Below, piece after piece: positions 60,601-64,000 of a stretch of 64,000 nucleotides of DNA (position 1 is the stretch's first letter; every line of letters begins with the position of its first letter). The stretch covers positions 26,970,001 to 27,034,000 of the forward strand of contig NC_086378.1 in NCBI RefSeq assembly GCF_036588685.1, read 5' to 3'. This stretch comes from Mytilus trossulus (taxonomy: Eukaryota). The position numbers and the translations under genes are program-made. The notes beneath the pieces were generated by a model. The model was not told the origin of the DNA. It ran no database searches and saw only the letters and a program-made list of their open reading frames with translations.

Positions 60601-62797
60601 AGTATTTCTTATCAGGATCTTTTTGTATTTATTTGCAATTTTACGGATGCAAATTAAGTTTATTTGTGATGCGTCTGTTGAGTGGGTAAACAGATATTTT
60701 TAACAATCAAATAAAAAAAGCATTCTTATTTCATTTTAACCTTTTAAACACTAAAAGGAAAACATGACAAAATTTCGCATTTCAAATACTCGAGAGTCTA
60801 TAAAACCAACATAGACCTATGCAGACAGCCAAAACCATCCAAGCTTAACTTTGCCTGATTTATTGATAGGTGTCAATGCCAATATCAGCGCTCTTGTATT
60901 AGTTTTTTTATAGGTAGAGGAAACCAGAGTGCCAAGAGAGAACCACATATATTTGGTAAGAGTACTGGCTTTAATTCGCTATTCAGATAAGAGTCGAGCA
61001 CACCTGTCACGTGTCGGATTTAAACTCACAACATCAGACTTTTAAAAGATACAGAAGTGCGACCAATTAAACCACTCGTTCACGAAGGTCCCTAACTTTG
61101 TCAGAGGGAAGATTGACAAATCAAATTTATGTTATTTTTTCCATATTCAAATGATGTATAATTGCTAATCAGTAAAAGAAAATGGCTAATGTAATTAAAT
61201 AGGACGCACGTGTTCATAAATACATATAAAGTCAAATCCTAACAAACAGTCACATGCCGTTAGTTTTCTCGTTTGAATTGTTTTACATTGTCTTATCGGG
61301 GCCTTTTATAGCTGACTATGCGGTATGGGCTTTGCTCATTGTTGAAGGCCGTACGGTGACCTAAAGTTGTTAATGTTTGTGTCATTTTGGTCTTTTGTGG
61401 ATAGTTGTCTCATTGGCAATCATACCACATCTTCTTTTTTATACCGCACTGCAAAGACTTATGTTTTTCTTTCCTCTAAGTAGGGTACACGAACGCGGAA
61501 TTCGTGTTGCCATGGAATGATATACTTATATATTCGCTCTAGGTTTTAATATTAATATAACTTACCAAGTACGCCGATGTAACGCTGACAATCAAACAGA
61601 GAGGTCCAGAAACAGCAGCACATGTTATACTTAGTATCAAGAACGTCATTTTCTATCAAAAAATTATGCGCAGACAGTTATAATCCAAATACTTGTAATG
61701 TCATTTCAATTTAAAAATAATTAAATGAATTATTTTTTTTCGATTTTCAGATGCAGTACAATGAGCAAAATATGCGACATAGCCCATTCCTTGTTACTTG
61801 ACCGTATAGGTTGTAATTATATTGTCGATATTCTTTATTATACAAAACAGTCATCATATATAAAAGAGTAAATCTGAATTACAAAGTTTTTTTTACAATA
61901 AAGATTTAAAAAATGCGCCGTGTTGTGTAACAGTACAGTTTTCCAAAAGAAGATTTGAATTTATTCGGTTTGACAAAATTAGTTAGTGTCACAGAAACCA
62001 TTTTTGTCACAATTCCATATTTATTCATCAAACTTAAGTTCATGATCTCATATTCAAAATAAGTAAAAATACAAATAATTGTATCTCCTAGGATAATTAA
62101 TATTCGTTTTGCATGTATATTTGTTTTTAATTTTGATAACTTTTACCTACGTAATAATTAATGTTCGCAAGCTTCTTCTGTGATAAAATGGCGGCGAAAG
62201 CACCAGTAACACAAAACTGAAAGAAAAATGTGTGGTAGTATACTAAAGCGTGCCTATAAAAGTAATTAATTAACACACATATCCGGTTCTGAAGGGGATT
62301 TTCTTTAAATGCTTCTAAATAAACTTCTTGGACACGAAAAACAAGTCTTAACAACCAAAAGGCAATAGAATAAACAGAACACCAAAAACGATTCTAAGAT
62401 CGATCACATTTACAAATAAAACTTATTAAATAATCTGGTTATTTTTACTGATGGTAACATTTTTTTCTTGTCATTTATTAAAGAATTTTACGTTACATTT
62501 ACAGCAAAGCTCTAATATAATTCTATAAAGTTGTAAATATTTTACAGTACCTACCCATACACCACACCAGACTGGAGAAAAGGTCTTTGTAAGTGTGTCT
62601 ACCTTCTGGTAAGCTTCACTTTCCTTCATTTTTGGGTCAGGCACAAATTTGTCTTCAAAAAATATAAATAGCAAAAAATCTATAATTCCTAAACCAATAC
62701 ATATCCCGCCGATACCTATCTGTATGGAACCTAAAGTCTTCAACGCGGAGAATGGAAAGTTTCTCACTTTACCAACGTCTACGCCCTCTATCGTCAT
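57695..62797 (-). CDS. MS4A/CD20-like four-transmembrane protein, ~342 aa; exons 62797-62555, 62216-62151, 61652-61566, 59501-59367, 58192-57695
   Basis: All introns GT-AG and phase 0; LGSIQIGIG, PVWCGVWFCVTG, FLILSITCA, EIIFALISASVCCCC, then a charged cytoplasmic tail. An acceptor at ~62818 means an upstream exon exists, possibly coding. Confidence 0.85.
58291..58564. mobile_element. Harbinger-like MITE in the last intron of the MS4A-like gene
   Basis: Imperfect TIR with GTTCACACG / CGTGTGAAC core; TGA duplicated at 58288-90 and 58565-67; internal TTCGAA/GCGAAT repeats. Confidence 0.7.
60895..61092 (-). mobile_element. Degenerate tRNA-derived SINE (V-domain-like)
   Basis: GAGGAAACCAGAGTGCCAAGAGAGAACC resembles the reverse complement of the V-SINE GGTTTCTCCGGGTACTCCGGTTTCCTC motif; decayed A/B boxes near 61010-61090. 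Confidence 0.5.
61256..61443 (-). repeat. Interspersed repeat family A, intronic
   Basis: Near-identical to 4471-4658. Confidence 0.9.
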
Positions 62798-63397
62798 GTT
62801 CTCTTTTGTGTCCTCTGCTGTAAGAAAAAAATAGCAATGTATTCAATCTTAGTATACAAAAAGAGCAACGTCCGTTTACCGGCCATTGCAATGGAGAATG
62901 TCTTCTAGTTTCTTCGAACGAAATTGATGACAAGAAATATATGGCTCCTGCGTTAACAATGATACATCGTCTAGGGATAACAGTGGACTATATTATTTAA
63001 AAAAAAACTTTCTTAAATTCTCTTCTGCATACTATCGCTAGTATTCTGAAAATATTCATCGGAAATTAAATATAACTTGTATGCAGGGCAATATACGATT
63101 ATGTTTTGAACGGTGAGTTACAGGAATTCAATTGATATTCGATAACAGCTTCAGTACTAATTTGATATCAACCCCATAATAGTTGCAGTGAATTCATTAC
63201 CAACACCTTTTTAATTAATTAAGAGCATCAGTTAATTGCAATTCTATATATATCCATTCGTAAAATGCCTAAGTGACAATTTAACATCAATTAATGACAT
63301 GTTTCTCTCTGTACGTTAACGTTAACGTTATCGTAAAAATACTTCTTTTTTTTAAACAGATTTCGGAGAGAGAAAAAAAAACAGAAAAAGATGTCGT

Positions 63398-63490
63398 ACT
63401 GAAAAATGAATAGTAAGTGTTCACTGAAAAATGAATAGTAAGTGTCCACTGGAAAATGAATAGTAAGTGTCCACTAAAAAAAAGAATAGC
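63398..63490. repeat. 25-bp tandem repeat, ~3.7 copies
   Basis: ACTGAAAAATGAATAGTAAGTGTCC. Confidence 0.85.
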
Positions 63491-64000
63491 AAATATCTAA
63501 GTGTGTTAGAAAATTTGAATATTCAGATTATGGCTTTTTTAGAACTCTATTATTTATTAGCCAATAGGCTATTTTCTGGGGTAAACAAGCTATAACTCGT
63601 CTATTTTCGTCTATTTTCTGGGGTAAACAACCTAAAGCTATAACTCGTAACTTAAACTCAGCAAGCACTAAAAGCTAAATAATTCTATTTTTTTTCGGGA
63701 TATATAAATAATTATGTTAAATTAAATTACTACATACCCGCCATGTTAGGAATTATAACCAGTATCCTAAGGACTAAAGACTTTTCATGTTGAAGGTGTG
63801 TACTCGATAAAGCAGTTGAAATGAAAAGTAGTTCTTGATAAAAACTGTAATCTGTAAATAAGCAAATCTATGCATGTTCATTTTACTTATTTGATTATAT
63901 TATTTTTAGATAACTGCATAAAGGAATATGGGTGCCAACTAACGCGAGACTATTTCTACTATCGCTCTGTAAAGAGATTACATTCAAAACCGAAAGATTT

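Overview
AT-rich, repeat-dense eukaryotic genomic DNA. The repeat families suggest a bivalve mollusc, probably Mytilus-like (inference). Host genes are all on the minus strand. They comprise a tandem cluster of single-coding-exon GT31 beta-1,3-glycosyltransferases of the brainiac/B3GALT type (three intact copies, one interrupted by a single in-frame TAG, one decayed remnant) and a 5-exon MS4A/CD20-like four-TM gene at 57.7-62.8 kb. The most striking element is an apparently intact, intron-containing Crypton (tyrosine-recombinase DNA transposon) at about 19611-24081. It has large terminal hairpins and an internal palindrome whose two halves are each complementary to a different end of the element, resembling the internal complementary region (ICR) of DIRS elements. 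A 2.8-kb non-autonomous element with similar hairpin ends has an empty insertion site visible in a paralogous duplication unit. Also present are minimal hammerhead ribozymes (a retrozyme-type monomer), Penelope and LINE remnants, a tRNA/Deu-type SINE, Helentron-associated (HINE-like) elements carrying ~165-bp satellites, PIF/Harbinger- and Tc1/mariner-type MITEs, and several minisatellites. Coordinates were read by eye; repeat boundaries are approximate.
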